Shown here: positions 1 to 9,348 of the stretch, piece by piece
How the letters are laid out: each line of letters starts with the position of its first letter
How positions within the stretch are numbered: position 1 is the stretch's first letter
Origin: Alphaproteobacteria bacterium
GTDB lineage: Bacteria; Pseudomonadota; Alphaproteobacteria; RF32; CAG-239
Length of the DNA: 64,000 nt
Direction: 5' to 3'
NCBI GenBank assembly: GCA_045633825.1
Contig: JAZQZB010000039.1
Span: 7,961-71,960, forward strand
Program-made: the position numbers and the translations under genes
Notes under the pieces: generated by a model
The model's database searches: none
Told to the model about the DNA's origin: nothing
The model's input: only the letters and a program-made list of their open reading frames with translations

Positions 1-161
1 CAGCCAATATCGAAGCAGCTAGTTTCGTAGGTAAAGTTATTGCCGAACGCGCTGTGAAATCAGGTGTAAGTGAAGTGGTTTTTGACCGCGGAGGTTACAT
101 TTATCACGGTCGTGTTAAAGCTTTGGCAGATGCAGCACGCAGTGCTGGCTTGAAATTCTAA
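1..161 (+). CDS. rplR: 50S ribosomal protein L18, C-terminal fragment (start lies outside window)
   Basis: Frame ending at TAA 159-161 translates to ...[27 protein letters not shown], the conserved L18 C-terminus; rpsE follows as in the spc operon. Confidence 0.85.
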   Translation, partial: ANIEAASFVGKVIAERAVKSGVSEVVFDRGGYIYHGRVKALADAARSAGLKF

Positions 162-174
162 AGGAGAATAGAAA

Positions 175-750
175 ATGGCACAACAAGCTGTAGATCAACG
201 TCGTACTAATAGTAAGGCTGAGAAAAAAGAAGAATTGGTTGAAAAACTGGTTCACGTTAATCGTGTTGCCAAAACCGTTAAAGGTGGTCGCACAATGTCA
301 TTTGCTGCCGTTGTTGTAGTCGGTGACCAAAAAGGCCGTGTAGGCTTTGGTTCCGGTAAGGCTTCTGAAGTTCCTGAAGCTATTACAAAAGCTACTAACG
401 AAGCAAAAAGAAACATGATCCGTATTCCTTTGCGTGAAGGCAGAACATTGCACCATGATATTGCCGGTCGTTACGGCGCAGGTAAAGTTTATTTGAGAAC
501 TGCTCCTGCCGGTACCGGAGTTATTGCCGGTGGTCCGATGCGTGCAGTATTTGAAGTTTTGGGCGTTCAAGACGTAGTTGCTAAATCTGTAGGTTCTAAC
601 AATCCTTATAATATGATTAAGGCAACATTTGAAGCATTGAAATCAATTAACTCACCGAGAATGGTTGCTGCCAGACGCGGTAAGAAAGTTGGTGATATTG
701 TTTCTCGTCGTGAAAACTCTAATTCTAAATCTATTGTAGAGGAGGCTTAA
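175..750 (+). CDS. rpsE: 30S ribosomal protein S5
   Basis: ORF track; [17 protein letters not shown]...EVPEAI motif of S5; RBS aggaga upstream; spc-operon position. Confidence 0.95.
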   Translation: MAQQAVDQRRTNSKAEKKEELVEKLVHVNRVAKTVKGGRTMSFAAVVVVGDQKGRVGFGSGKASEVPEAITKATNEAKRNMIRIPLREGRTLHHDIAGRYGAGKVYLRTAPAGTGVIAGGPMRAVFEVLGVQDVVAKSVGSNNPYNMIKATFEALKSINSPRMVAARRGKKVGDIVSRRENSNSKSIVEEA

Positions 751-753
751 TCG

Positions 754-936
754 ATGGCTAAAAAAACTATTAAAGTTACTCAAATTGCAAGCCCTATCGG
801 TAAACCGAAAGATCAAAGAGCTACCTTGGTAGGTTTAGGTTTGAATAAGTTGAATAAAGTGTCTGTATTGGAAGATACTCCGTCTGTTCGCGGAATGATC
901 AGAAAGGTGCAGCATTTGGTTAAAGTCGAAGAGTAA
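754..936 (+). CDS. rpmD: 50S ribosomal protein L30
   Basis: 60 aa, [16 protein letters not shown]... typical L30; 3-nt spacing after rpsE. Confidence 0.9.
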   Translation: MAKKTIKVTQIASPIGKPKDQRATLVGLGLNKLNKVSVLEDTPSVRGMIRKVQHLVKVEE

Positions 937-1089
937 TAAAATCTTGCAAAAGGGGTTGTCATACTTGAAATTTTTTTGCTTATGTATCTTCTTTTGTACA
1001 CGTCGCTCAAAATTTTCGGTGTAGTACAACCCTTTATTAAGATTTTTGAACTTTGAATAATGACTTTTTGTATTTGAAGGATTAAAAAA

Positions 1090-1545
1090 ATGAAACTTAA
1101 CGAAATTAGAGATAACGAAGGCGCCAGAAAATCACGTAAGCGTGTTGCTCGTGGTATTGGTAGTGGTTCAGGTAAAACCGGCGGTCGTGGCCAAAAGGGT
1201 CAAAAATCTCGTTCGGGTGTTGCAGTAAACGGTTTTGAAGGCGGTCAAATGCCAATCTATCGTAGACTTCCGAAAAGAGGTTTTAACAACCACTTTGCTA
1301 AAGAATATGCAGTAGTTAACTTGGATACACTTCAAAAGGCTGTAGATGCCGGAAAATTGAATGCTGAAGATATTAATGTTGAAGCTTTACTTAAAGCCGG
1401 TATCGTTAGCAAAAAATTAGACGGTATTCGTTTATTGGCCCGCGGTGCTATCACATCTAAAGTTAATGTTACAGTAAATTCTGCTTCTAAATCTGCGGTT
1501 GCTGCTGTTGAAAAAGCAGGCGGTAAAGTAAATTTTGTTGCTTAA
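1090..1545 (+). CDS. rplO: 50S ribosomal protein L15
   Basis: [20 protein letters not shown] glycine-rich L15 signature. Confidence 0.95.
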   Translation: MKLNEIRDNEGARKSRKRVARGIGSGSGKTGGRGQKGQKSRSGVAVNGFEGGQMPIYRRLPKRGFNNHFAKEYAVVNLDTLQKAVDAGKLNAEDINVEALLKAGIVSKKLDGIRLLARGAITSKVNVTVNSASKSAVAAVEKAGGKVNFVA

Positions 1546-1566
1546 TTTTATTGTAAGAAACTGTAA

Positions 1567-1597
1567 AAAACCCTCCTTAATTTAAGGAGGGTTTTTA
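1567..1597. terminator. Rho-independent terminator hairpin after rplO (aaaaaccctccttaa/ttaaggagggttttt)
   Basis: Perfect inverted repeat with flanking A/T runs, seen directly. Confidence 0.6.
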
Positions 1598-1655
1598 ATT
1601 GACGGAATAGGAATTTTGTAGTAAATTTTGGGTAAATTTTGAAAGGTTTTATGAT

Positions 1656-2522
1656 ATGCAAAAGTTTTCATTTCATACTCATACAACAGGTTTTGACGGA
1701 CGTAATACAGAAGAAGAAATGATTCGTCGAGCAGGGGAACTCGGTTGGAATAAAATCGGATTTTCTAATCATTTGATGGTGCATGCAAGAATTACAGAGG
1801 CTCCGATGTTTCAATATGCTCAAAAAGGAGGATATAACGGTATTTATTCTTCGTCTTTTGATGAAGCTGTAGCAAAGTTTGAGCCTCATTATAAGCATAT
1901 TAATGAATTGCAAGAAAAAACCGATGTTAAAATTTTGAAAGGTATGGAGGTAGACTTTTTTGCTGATGAGAGGTGGCAAAGAGGTTTTGAAGATATGGTG
2001 AAATATCTTAAGCCTGATTATTTAATCGGTTCGGCTCATTTTGTTGATGTCGATGGTATTTTGTATAATTCGCATGATTTGAAAAATGCTTCAAAAATAA
2101 AACAGCAGCAATATCTTACCAAATATTGGCAAAATGTCAGAGCAACGGCAAAGTCGGGATATTTTACGTTTTTGGCACATTTGGATTTGATGAAAAAAGT
2201 CGGTTTGGGACAAGAAGAAACTTGGATAGAAGAAGAGAAAAAAACGGTTGATGTTATTCGAGATTCCGGTGTTATGGTAGAATTGAACACTTCTTATTTT
2301 AAGAAAGGGAATGAACCTTATCCGAGTAAAAGAATTATGAAAATGTTAGCTGATGCGGATGTGACGGTTTTGTTGAGTGATGATGCGCATGCAGCGAGTC
2401 AATTAGGTAATAATTTTGATAGAGCATATAATATGGCAAAAGAGTGTGGAATAAAAAATTTTTATAATGATAAAGCAATCAATAATTTTTTGTTACAAAA
2501 AAATAAAAATCGCGGTTTTTGA
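1656..2522 (+). CDS. PHP-domain phosphoesterase (histidinol-phosphatase-like family)
   Basis: N-terminal FHTHT... HxH metal motif and overall PHP-like composition; unusual neighbour of rplO (secY expected). Confidence 0.6.
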   Translation: MQKFSFHTHTTGFDGRNTEEEMIRRAGELGWNKIGFSNHLMVHARITEAPMFQYAQKGGYNGIYSSSFDEAVAKFEPHYKHINELQEKTDVKILKGMEVDFFADERWQRGFEDMVKYLKPDYLIGSAHFVDVDGILYNSHDLKNASKIKQQQYLTKYWQNVRATAKSGYFTFLAHLDLMKKVGLGQEETWIEEEKKTVDVIRDSGVMVELNTSYFKKGNEPYPSKRIMKMLADADVTVLLSDDAHAASQLGNNFDRAYNMAKECGIKNFYNDKAINNFLLQKNKNRGF

Positions 2523-2564
2523 TTTTTTTTATTTAAACTGTCATGCCTTGAGCGAGGAACTCTT
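2498..2564. repeat. Direct repeat copy 1 (aatcgcggtttttgatttttttt...tgtcatgccttgagcgagg), overlaps 3' end of the PHP gene
   Basis: About 50-bp near-identical copy found again at 2796-2856. Confidence 0.7.
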
Positions 2565-2795
2565 TTTCTCTTCCCTTAATTTTAAGGGAAGAAAGGATTT
2601 TTCGCAACTTCAGTTGCTTTAAAAATCCAGATGAGTTTAAATAAATTTTTTTTCTTTACGTTACTTTTGCTTGTCCAAAAGTAACCAAAAGACCCCGCTC
2701 AAGATGTTTTTTTATACGCTTTTTTACTCGGATGTGCCTTTCACTATCGTTGGCAGGCTTTTATCGTATAAAAGGAGAATCTCCTCGTAAAAAAG

Positions 2796-2856
2796 CTAAA
2801 AAACATAAATCGCGGTTTTTTGTTTTTTTATGTCATGCCTTGAGCGAGAAAGGACG
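2796..2856. repeat. Direct repeat copy 2 (aatcgcggttttttgttttttta-tgtcatgccttgagcgaga)
   Basis: Matches 2498-2564, so it looks like a duplicated gene 3' end or small repeat element in the intergenic region. Confidence 0.7.
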
Positions 2857-3000
2857 TTTTTATTTTTTTATCTAAAATATATTTACTTAATCTTAAAATT
2901 ATGGTAATATAAAGTATATATTAATCAAAATAAGGGGTTTAAGAAAATGTGTGAAACAATGCGTAATATCAAGGACGTAGGAAGTGTGAAAGTGGCGGAA

Positions 3001-3034
<34 letters not shown>

Positions 3035-3075
3035 TTAAACTCTGCTAAGCATAATATAAACGAGATTAACATACA

Positions 3076-3115
3076 CCCAAAGGGATAATACCCCTTTGGG
3101 TGTTTTTGCTTTTGT
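3076..3115 (+). terminator. Hairpin plus T-run (acacccaaaggg...ccctttgggtgt ttttgctttt), terminator or attenuator-like, immediately upstream of the 3131 CDS
   Basis: 12-bp perfect stem followed by a T-rich tract; ends about 15 bp before the RBS aaggagaa. Confidence 0.55.
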
Positions 3116-3130
3116 ATAAGGAGAAGTGTC

Positions 3131-4180
3131 ATGACTAAGGAAAATAATGTGTTAGATGTGGTTGAGAAGCCAATTCCAAGAGGAGAATCCCCCTATTTTT
3201 TTAAGTTTTTTAATAAAGGAATAGCTAAAATTAAAGAAGATATACAAAGAAATGATGATGAATATGCAAGAAAAGCAAAAGTGATTAATAGTGCGAATGC
3301 TGATAGATCTAAAGACATTGTTGAAGCAAAAGGTAATATTAGGAGTTTGATAGCAAATAGAATTAATATGCGAAAAGCAAATATTTCAAGAAATATTACT
3401 GATGCAAAGGTTAGAATACTTAATGTTAAAGAAAAAATGGCAAGGTTAAAAGCTACAGTTAAAGCTGTTGTTAGTTATGATTCTAATAAGGGTGTATTAG
3501 AGCGTATTGATAGTGCTCAAAGAGGTGTTGCCGATAAATATGGTAAAAAGAGAGACTCTCTTATTGGTGGTAAAGTAGATGAAGTTGAAAGAAGAGACGG
3601 TAGTATTAGAAAAGAAGTTAGAAATATTGCAAAAGATAGAGTAAATTCTTTTCTTGCCGGGGCAAAAAGAGAATGGTTAAGATGTAAACGTAATTCTAAG
3701 ATGGGTGGTTTAATGCTTAAAACATTACCTTTGTTATATTTTGGCGTTTTAACAAGTCCTGCAAAGATGGCTAAAGATGGTGCTGAATGGGTTGGTAAAA
3801 AAGTTAAACAAGGATATGATTATGTAACTGATCCAGCTAGAATGGCTGTTGCAGCTGTAAGAGCGGGTGAAGTAGTAAGAAAAGCTAAAAGAGAAGTAAG
3901 AAAGGCTAGAATTTTAGCTAATAAAGAGGCATTTCATTTCATGAGAAGTGTTAGGAAAAAATGGAAAGGGGGCGTCGATTTTGCTAAAAGTGTTGTGAGA
4001 AGTGTTAAAGAGGCTCCAGGAAAAGCATGGGCATCTATGAAAGGTTGTTATGAAGAAACAGCTAAAAAGGCTAGAGAAAGTTATAACAATAGTACTGTAG
4101 GAAAAGTTGTTTCAGCTGTACGTACCGGTTATAATGCCGGACTTCAGGCATATGCTGATGCTCGCCGTAGTAATAATTGA
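3131..4180 (+). CDS. Hypothetical Lys/Arg-rich, alpha-helical protein (349 aa)
   Basis: Long ORF with RBS aaggagaa; no recognisable catalytic motif; highly basic. Confidence 0.7.
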   Translation: MTKENNVLDVVEKPIPRGESPYFFKFFNKGIAKIKEDIQRNDDEYARKAKVINSANADRSKDIVEAKGNIRSLIANRINMRKANISRNITDAKVRILNVKEKMARLKATVKAVVSYDSNKGVLERIDSAQRGVADKYGKKRDSLIGGKVDEVERRDGSIRKEVRNIAKDRVNSFLAGAKREWLRCKRNSKMGGLMLKTLPLLYFGVLTSPAKMAKDGAEWVGKKVKQGYDYVTDPARMAVAAVRAGEVVRKAKREVRKARILANKEAFHFMRSVRKKWKGGVDFAKSVVRSVKEAPGKAWASMKGCYEETAKKARESYNNSTVGKVVSAVRTGYNAGLQAYADARRSNN

Positions 4181-4185
4181 GTATT

Positions 4186-4218
4186 TTTCAGGCTCGGATG
4201 AGAAATTTCGAGCCTGAA
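4186..4218. terminator. Terminator hairpin (ttcaggctcggatgagaaatttcgagcctgaa)
   Basis: Inverted repeat directly after the 3131-4180 stop codon. Confidence 0.55.
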
Positions 4219-4261
4219 TTATTTATTTTTTTATTTTTTATATAAATTAAGGAGGAACCAA

Positions 4262-4660
4262 ATGGTAGATAAAATACTTGTAGATGAATTTGAAATTATG
4301 GAAAATGAAGGTCAATATGGATTTTCTTTTCAGCTTGATGAAGAACCGATAGATACTGCAGAGTTTTTATATGATGGACGTAACTGCGGTATTTTGATTC
4401 GTAATGATAAAAAAGCATATATATTTACAAATATTGTTGATGAGGTTCGTCCTGCTTTGCTGAATGCTCCGGAATTGATGATGATTGAAATGAATGGAGA
4501 AGAAGTTGCTAATTCGTATATGTGCGATGTGGTAAAAGTTGATGAGATTCCTGTTGATGATACTTTGCCGGATACTTTGGCTCAAATGCTTGAAGAAATC
4601 AGAGAAGTGTATGGTGAAGAGGGTGTTAAAGCTATTTCTGAAAAGGTATGGAAAATTTAA
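4262..4660 (+). CDS. Hypothetical acidic protein (132 aa), chaperone/immunity-like
   Basis: RBS aaggagg; strongly acidic (D/E-rich); follows the basic 349-aa gene. Confidence 0.65.
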   Translation: MVDKILVDEFEIMENEGQYGFSFQLDEEPIDTAEFLYDGRNCGILIRNDKKAYIFTNIVDEVRPALLNAPELMMIEMNGEEVANSYMCDVVKVDEIPVDDTLPDTLAQMLEEIREVYGEEGVKAISEKVWKI

Positions 4661-4676
4661 TAATAGGAGTTTTTTT

Positions 4677-4883
4677 ATGAGTGAAGAAAATAAAGGTATA
4701 GCATCTAATATATTATCTCGTTTACGTGGTGTCGGTGTTGGAGGAGCTAGTGTTTCGAAAGAGCAATCTCAACAGGCACAGGCAACTAGTTCTAATATGA
4801 GTCAGAAACAAGAAAAGCCTAAAAGAGATATCCAAGAATTGTATGATTTTATTGATGCATATTGCAATAAATCTGAAGAATAG
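4677..4883 (+). CDS. Hypothetical small protein (68 aa, MSEENKGIASN...)
   Basis: ATG at 4677 preceded by taggag RBS. The longer ORF-track start at 4539 lacks an RBS and overlaps the upstream gene. Confidence 0.5.
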   Translation: MSEENKGIASNILSRLRGVGVGGASVSKEQSQQAQATSSNMSQKQEKPKRDIQELYDFIDAYCNKSEE

Positions 4884-4885
4884 TA

Positions 4886-4918
4886 AAAAAAGACTACCTT
4901 AAAAGGTAGTCTTTTTTT
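4886..4918. terminator. Bidirectional terminator (aaaaaagactacctt aaaaggtagtctttttttt)
   Basis: Perfect inverted repeat between convergent genes. Confidence 0.65.
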
Positions 4919-5517
4919 TAGAGATATTTTATTAAAGCAAAGCCGCCGATAAGTAAAATCAAAAAGATTATCGATAAAATGCCTAAATGTTTTTCGATAA
5001 ATATTTTCATCGGGGGACCGAATTTCTTTAATAACCAAGCTACCAAGAAAAATCTCATTCCGCGAGCCAAGACAGAAGCAATACCGAAGACTATCGGGTT
5101 GAGATGAACAACACCACTGGCGATAGTGATTATTTTGTATGGGAACGGGGTTATGCCGGCACCGAAAACAATCCATGCGCCATATTCGTGATAGTAGTTT
5201 TCAAATTCATGGAATTGTTGCATGGCATTATAAAATTCTAAAATCGGTTTGGCAATTAAATCAAAGGCAAAAATACCGATACCATAACCGAAATATCCGC
5301 CAAAAACACTGGCAATAGTAGCGGTGGCGGCAATACGCCAAGCTTTGTTCGGAGTAGCCAATATCATGGGTATGAGCATTATGTCAGGCGGAATCGGGAA
5401 AAATGAACTTTCGATAAAAGCAACAATAAATAAGAACAGTAAAGCATTATCTTTAGATGAAAGCTCAAGCATTGTGTCGTAAGTTTTTTGCACTAAATTG
5501 CGAAAGTATTTAATCAT
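4918..5517 (-). CDS. DedA/YqaA-family membrane protein
   Basis: VAFIESSFFPIPPDIMLIP motif typical of the DedA/SNARE-associated family; multiple TM segments. Confidence 0.7.
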   Translation of the reverse strand: MIKYFRNLVQKTYDTMLELSSKDNALLFLFIVAFIESSFFPIPPDIMLIPMILATPNKAWRIAATATIASVFGGYFGYGIGIFAFDLIAKPILEFYNAMQQFHEFENYYHEYGAWIVFGAGITPFPYKIITIASGVVHLNPIVFGIASVLARGMRFFLVAWLLKKFGPPMKIFIEKHLGILSIIFLILLIGGFALIKYL

Positions 5518-5586
5518 AGTCCCTCAAAATATAAACTAAATTTGATTTATGAATACTAGCTTATTTGATATCAAAAGCAACCAAAT

Positions 5587-5931
5587 TTATGATATTTGAA
5601 TAACTTTTTGTATAAAATTTGGTTTATATATAAATTCGATGCCTTCAACATCGTGGCGGTTTTGGTGTTCAATATGATGTGACATGATAGCGTAGTGTGT
5701 GGCGTTGAACGGAAGAGCATGATTGATGATTTTGGCAATGTTTTTTTCTTGATGGTTAGCAAAATCTTCATCAATAAATATCCAGCGAGGTTTAGCTGTT
5801 TTAGCATAGTTTAATAATAAAAATATATTGTCGGTGGCAAATACCTGCCAGCCTTTTGATTGAAGCAAACGTCCGTAAAGATTGGTAAAATCTTTGTCAT
5901 TGTCCAACATAAAAACAACCTTGTTTGACAT
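5587..5931 (-). CDS. Orphan receiver (CheY-like) domain protein, possibly degenerate
   Basis: 114 aa with an N-terminal acidic pair (MLDNDKD) and a receiver-like fold pattern; no output domain. Confidence 0.45.
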   Translation of the reverse strand: MSNKVVFMLDNDKDFTNLYGRLLQSKGWQVFATDNIFLLLNYAKTAKPRWIFIDEDFANHQEKNIAKIINHALPFNATHYAIMSHHIEHQNRHDVEGIEFIYKPNFIQKVIQIS

Positions 5932-5991
5932 AAATAAAACTCCTGAAAATGTTTGTTTCAGGAGTTTATATAATCGTTTATCAGAATATTT

Positions 5992-6882
5992 TTAGTGGCA
6001 TTTGCAATTTTTGTGGTTGCAACAGCAAGAATTATTTTCTTTTTGATGATAAAAGGCCTCAAGAGTATTGTCTAATAGCATTGCTACAGTCATGGGACCA
6101 ACACCGCCGGGGACCGGAGTTATAAAAGATGCTTTGTCTTTTACATCATCAAAATCTACATCTCCGCAAAGTCCTTCTTCGGTACGATTGATGCCGACAT
6201 CAATAATGATTGCCCCGTCTTTTATCCAATTTGATTTAATTATTTTGGGTTTTCCGCAGGCGGCAATCACTATATCGGCAGTTTTTACAATATCTTCAAT
6301 GTTATTGCTTTTGGAGTGGGTTACGGTAACGGTGCAATCTTGATTTAATAACAGCATTGCCAGTGGTTTGCCTACGATATTAGAACGTCCGATTATAACA
6401 GCATGTTTACCTTTTAGGTCGACATTGGTTGATTTAAGTAAATGTAAAATACCTTTCGGTGTGGCTGAAATAAATCCTCTTGTATCATTGTATGATAACA
6501 GGCCTGTGTTATACGGAGTAAAACCGTCAACATCTTTTGCCGGATTTATACGAGATAAAACTTTTAAGGTATTGATGTGTTTGGGAAGAGGAAGTTGTAC
6601 GATAATTCCGTTGATATGATGATTATCATTCAGTTCATCAATAACTTCTAAAAGAGCATTTTCACCGATAGTGTCGGAAAGTTCTATAACTTCACAACCC
6701 ATACCGATTTCTTGAGCACGTTTTTGTTTGGTTTTTACATATATTTTGCTTGCAGTATTTTCGCCGACAGATATTACCGCCAGAACGGGAATTTCTTCGT
6801 CAGTGAGTTTGGCTATTTTTTCTTTTAAGTTATTATAAAAGTTTGAAGCAATTTGTTTGCCGTTTATAATTGTTGCACTCAT
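5992..6882 (-). CDS. folD: Bifunctional methylenetetrahydrofolate dehydrogenase/cyclohydrolase, with a Cys/His-rich C-terminal tail
   Basis: Conserved FolD core (GRSNIVGKP, PVPGGVGPMT); extra tail ...NNSCCCNHKNCKCH. Confidence 0.9.
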   Translation of the reverse strand: MSATIINGKQIASNFYNNLKEKIAKLTDEEIPVLAVISVGENTASKIYVKTKQKRAQEIGMGCEVIELSDTIGENALLEVIDELNDNHHINGIIVQLPLPKHINTLKVLSRINPAKDVDGFTPYNTGLLSYNDTRGFISATPKGILHLLKSTNVDLKGKHAVIIGRSNIVGKPLAMLLLNQDCTVTVTHSKSNNIEDIVKTADIVIAACGKPKIIKSNWIKDGAIIIDVGINRTEEGLCGDVDFDDVKDKASFITPVPGGVGPMTVAMLLDNTLEAFYHQKENNSCCCNHKNCKCH

Positions 6883-6887
6883 TATTT

Positions 6888-7199
6888 TTATTCCTTTGGT
6901 AGAAAAGAGTTTAATTTTTCTGAAATTTTTTCGTCAGATGTGTTTATAAGTATTTTTTTGTATCTATCTAACTCTCCGGATATAATGTTAAAATCGGATT
7001 TGGCTATTTTGAGTTGTTTGGATAGCCATGATATAAGTTCGGAATTTGCTTTACCTTTTTCGGGGACACTGATAACACTTATTTTTAGGTAGTCTTCGTT
7101 GTCAGGGGTGGTAAAAATTCCGCTTATTTTACAACAAGAAGAGTTAGGACTGAGCCTAACTCTTAAAAGTATTCCGTTATTTGTGGTTTCGAAAAACAA
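6888..7199 (-). CDS. DUF167 (YggU-like) protein
   Basis: About 100 aa, co-oriented downstream of a yggT-like gene as in the common yggT-yggU arrangement. Confidence 0.5.
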   Translation of the reverse strand: MFFETTNNGILLRVRLSPNSSCCKISGIFTTPDNEDYLKISVISVPEKGKANSELISWLSKQLKIAKSDFNIISGELDRYKKILINTSDEKISEKLNSFLPKE

Positions 7200-7200
7200 A

Positions 7201-7503
7201 TTAACCTGCGATAAATAATCTGATGCTGATTATTATTCTGCTGACAAAGTATAAAGCAACAAGAAGAATAATCGGGGCAAAGTCAAAGTTTGAATATACA
7301 GTTTTAATTTTAGACTTAATTAAATTGTATACAGGGGTTGTGGCTTTGTCTAAAAGCTCAACAGTTTTTTGGGCATATTTGTTTGATACTTCCAATACTT
7401 TGAAATGAATTAACCAAGTTAAAGCTACTTGTACCACAACAATCTTGAAATATATATCGACTATTATAGCTAATATTTCAAAAAACGGGTCTAAAATTAT
7501 CAT
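7201..7503 (-). CDS. YggT-family membrane protein
   Basis: 100 aa with two hydrophobic segments and a YGGT-like pattern. Confidence 0.5.
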   Translation of the reverse strand: MIILDPFFEILAIIVDIYFKIVVVQVALTWLIHFKVLEVSNKYAQKTVELLDKATTPVYNLIKSKIKTVYSNFDFAPIILLVALYFVSRIIISIRLFIAG

Positions 7504-7585
7504 AAATATATCTCCTTTGTAATTTTATTTTATTTTATTTAATTCATAAAACATGTTTCGTTATATGTCAATTATAAACAAAATC

Positions 7586-8731
7586 TTACGCAGTTAATTC
7601 TCTTAAGGCTTCTTGATAACGGGCAAGATCAAATCCTTGTCTTCGGCGAACTGTCGGTTGATTTACAGTGTGATTTTGAATGTTTTGTTTGCTTCTTTCC
7701 CATTCTTCTTTAGTCATGCCGTTTCGCATAGCTATAATCATTTCATAAAACATGTCTGAATTTGATTTTAATGTGTTAATTTTATTATTAACTTCATCAG
7801 TTGAAGATGTTTCGGGTTTTGTTCTGGAATAAGTATCTACAAGATGATGATTTAATGAATGATTTATAAAGGTGTTGTTTAAGCGTGTTTCACCCAGAGA
7901 ATAATTGATATCTTGAAAATATTGAGATTCCGGTTCAGGGTGATGATAATGATTTATTGTTAACGAAGGGATATTTTTATAATGATTGTGTTCTTTTTTT
8001 TGGTCCGCAACGGATTGGGTGGCTTGCATTTTGTCTCTTAAACGACGTAATTCACTTAATTTGAATAAGATAAATTTTAATTTTTCTTTGGCCAATTCTT
8101 GCATGGGTGATGCAGGGTTAAGAGCGCATCCCATGTATAAATCCGCAACACGTTTTATTTCTGTTTCACGTACGTTCATAAAATTGATAAAATCATTACG
8201 GAAGTCAATTTCATGTTGTTCGGCTCCGTTTGTTTCAAGCGCACTTTGTCCTCGATCTTGCATTGAAATCCAAAGATGATATTCGTTTACGGGATCCATG
8301 CCGCTATCTTGAGCTTCTAAAGTTTGTGCAATCGAGAAATCAAGATCGCCCGCATTAACAATTTTTTCTCCTATTTTTATTTTGGTTGTATCGGGGCGTT
8401 CGTGAGATTGCCAAAGTATAGGAGACCATTGAGCACGAAAATGAGTAAAATTGCCGGTATTCTTACTTGTCATATGATCGATAAGATAATCATTTTTTTC
8501 TAAATTTTGAGCTTTGATAAGCCCGTCGGCACGTGCTATGAGTTCTTCTTTTTTAAGGTTTTTTACATAGTTTTGTATATATGTGTCGGTGCTGACATAT
8601 GTCGGGGGCATATGATTTATAATAAAGTTATAGTTTTCACCTTCTTTTTGCATTTTTCGTTTCATCTCGGAATATTCATTTATGAATAATTCTTCAAGAG
8701 ATATATCATTATTATGGCTGAATTCTTCCAT
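7586..8731 (-). CDS. Hypothetical protein (381 aa), His/Asn-rich C-terminal half
   Basis: Long ORF co-oriented with the TerB-like gene upstream; no recognisable motif. Confidence 0.6.
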   Translation of the reverse strand: MEEFSHNNDISLEELFINEYSEMKRKMQKEGENYNFIINHMPPTYVSTDTYIQNYVKNLKKEELIARADGLIKAQNLEKNDYLIDHMTSKNTGNFTHFRAQWSPILWQSHERPDTTKIKIGEKIVNAGDLDFSIAQTLEAQDSGMDPVNEYHLWISMQDRGQSALETNGAEQHEIDFRNDFINFMNVRETEIKRVADLYMGCALNPASPMQELAKEKLKFILFKLSELRRLRDKMQATQSVADQKKEHNHYKNIPSLTINHYHHPEPESQYFQDINYSLGETRLNNTFINHSLNHHLVDTYSRTKPETSSTDEVNNKINTLKSNSDMFYEMIIAMRNGMTKEEWERSKQNIQNHTVNQPTVRRRQGFDLARYQEALRELTA

Positions 8732-8756
8732 TGTTATAACTCCTTTGAGTTAAAAA

Positions 8757-9197
8757 TTAAACTTGTTCAAAAATAATTTTACCACGTTCCAGCCATACTA
8801 TTCTGTCGATAACCCATTGGCTGATTTCTTCTATTTTTTCAAGTTCAATGTTCATTGCTTGGCCGATTTGTCCGATTAAGAAAACTTCTTCTTTAGAGAG
8901 ATCTCCGTCGGAGTTGGCTAAAAGGCAAGCTTCTTTTATTAAATGAAGAGCAGCTTGACGATTGGAAATTTTAGAGCTTTGTTGAATAAGTTCATTGACG
9001 GTAGTCGGAGCTAATATTTCGTTAATATGAGATTTGTTTAATCCGAACATAATAGCGGTTTCTTTTACAAATGCTTTTTCTTCATCATTAAAATTGCCGT
9101 CTGATTTGGCGAGTGTAACCAGAATTTTTAAAAATGTAATTTTTTCTTCTTCAGTCATTTGAACGATGTAGTTGTTCTTATCGTTAATGTTTTGCAT
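8757..9197 (-). CDS. TerB-like (tellurite-resistance TerB / DjlA N-terminal-like) domain protein
   Basis: 146 aa; LAKSDGNFNDEEKAFV and LLANSDGDLSKEEV repeated motifs typical of TerB-like helical domains. Confidence 0.5.
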   Translation of the reverse strand: MQNINDKNNYIVQMTEEEKITFLKILVTLAKSDGNFNDEEKAFVKETAIMFGLNKSHINEILAPTTVNELIQQSSKISNRQAALHLIKEACLLANSDGDLSKEEVFLIGQIGQAMNIELEKIEEISQWVIDRIVWLERGKIIFEQV

Positions 9198-9348
9198 AAT
9201 ATTTCTCCTTGTTTATTCTGTTTACTTGTATAATACCAAAAATGTATATCTTTTCAATTAAAATCGGACGAATCGATAAAAAAAAGTTTGAAAAATATGA
9301 AAGCATGGCATAATATTCGGTTATTGAATTTAGAGTATTGGAATAAAA

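Noticed and set aside
4539-4676. Longer N-terminal extension of the small ORF (start at 4539)
   Set aside because: It overlaps the end of the upstream acidic-protein gene in another frame and lacks an RBS. The ATG at 4677 with a taggag RBS is preferred.
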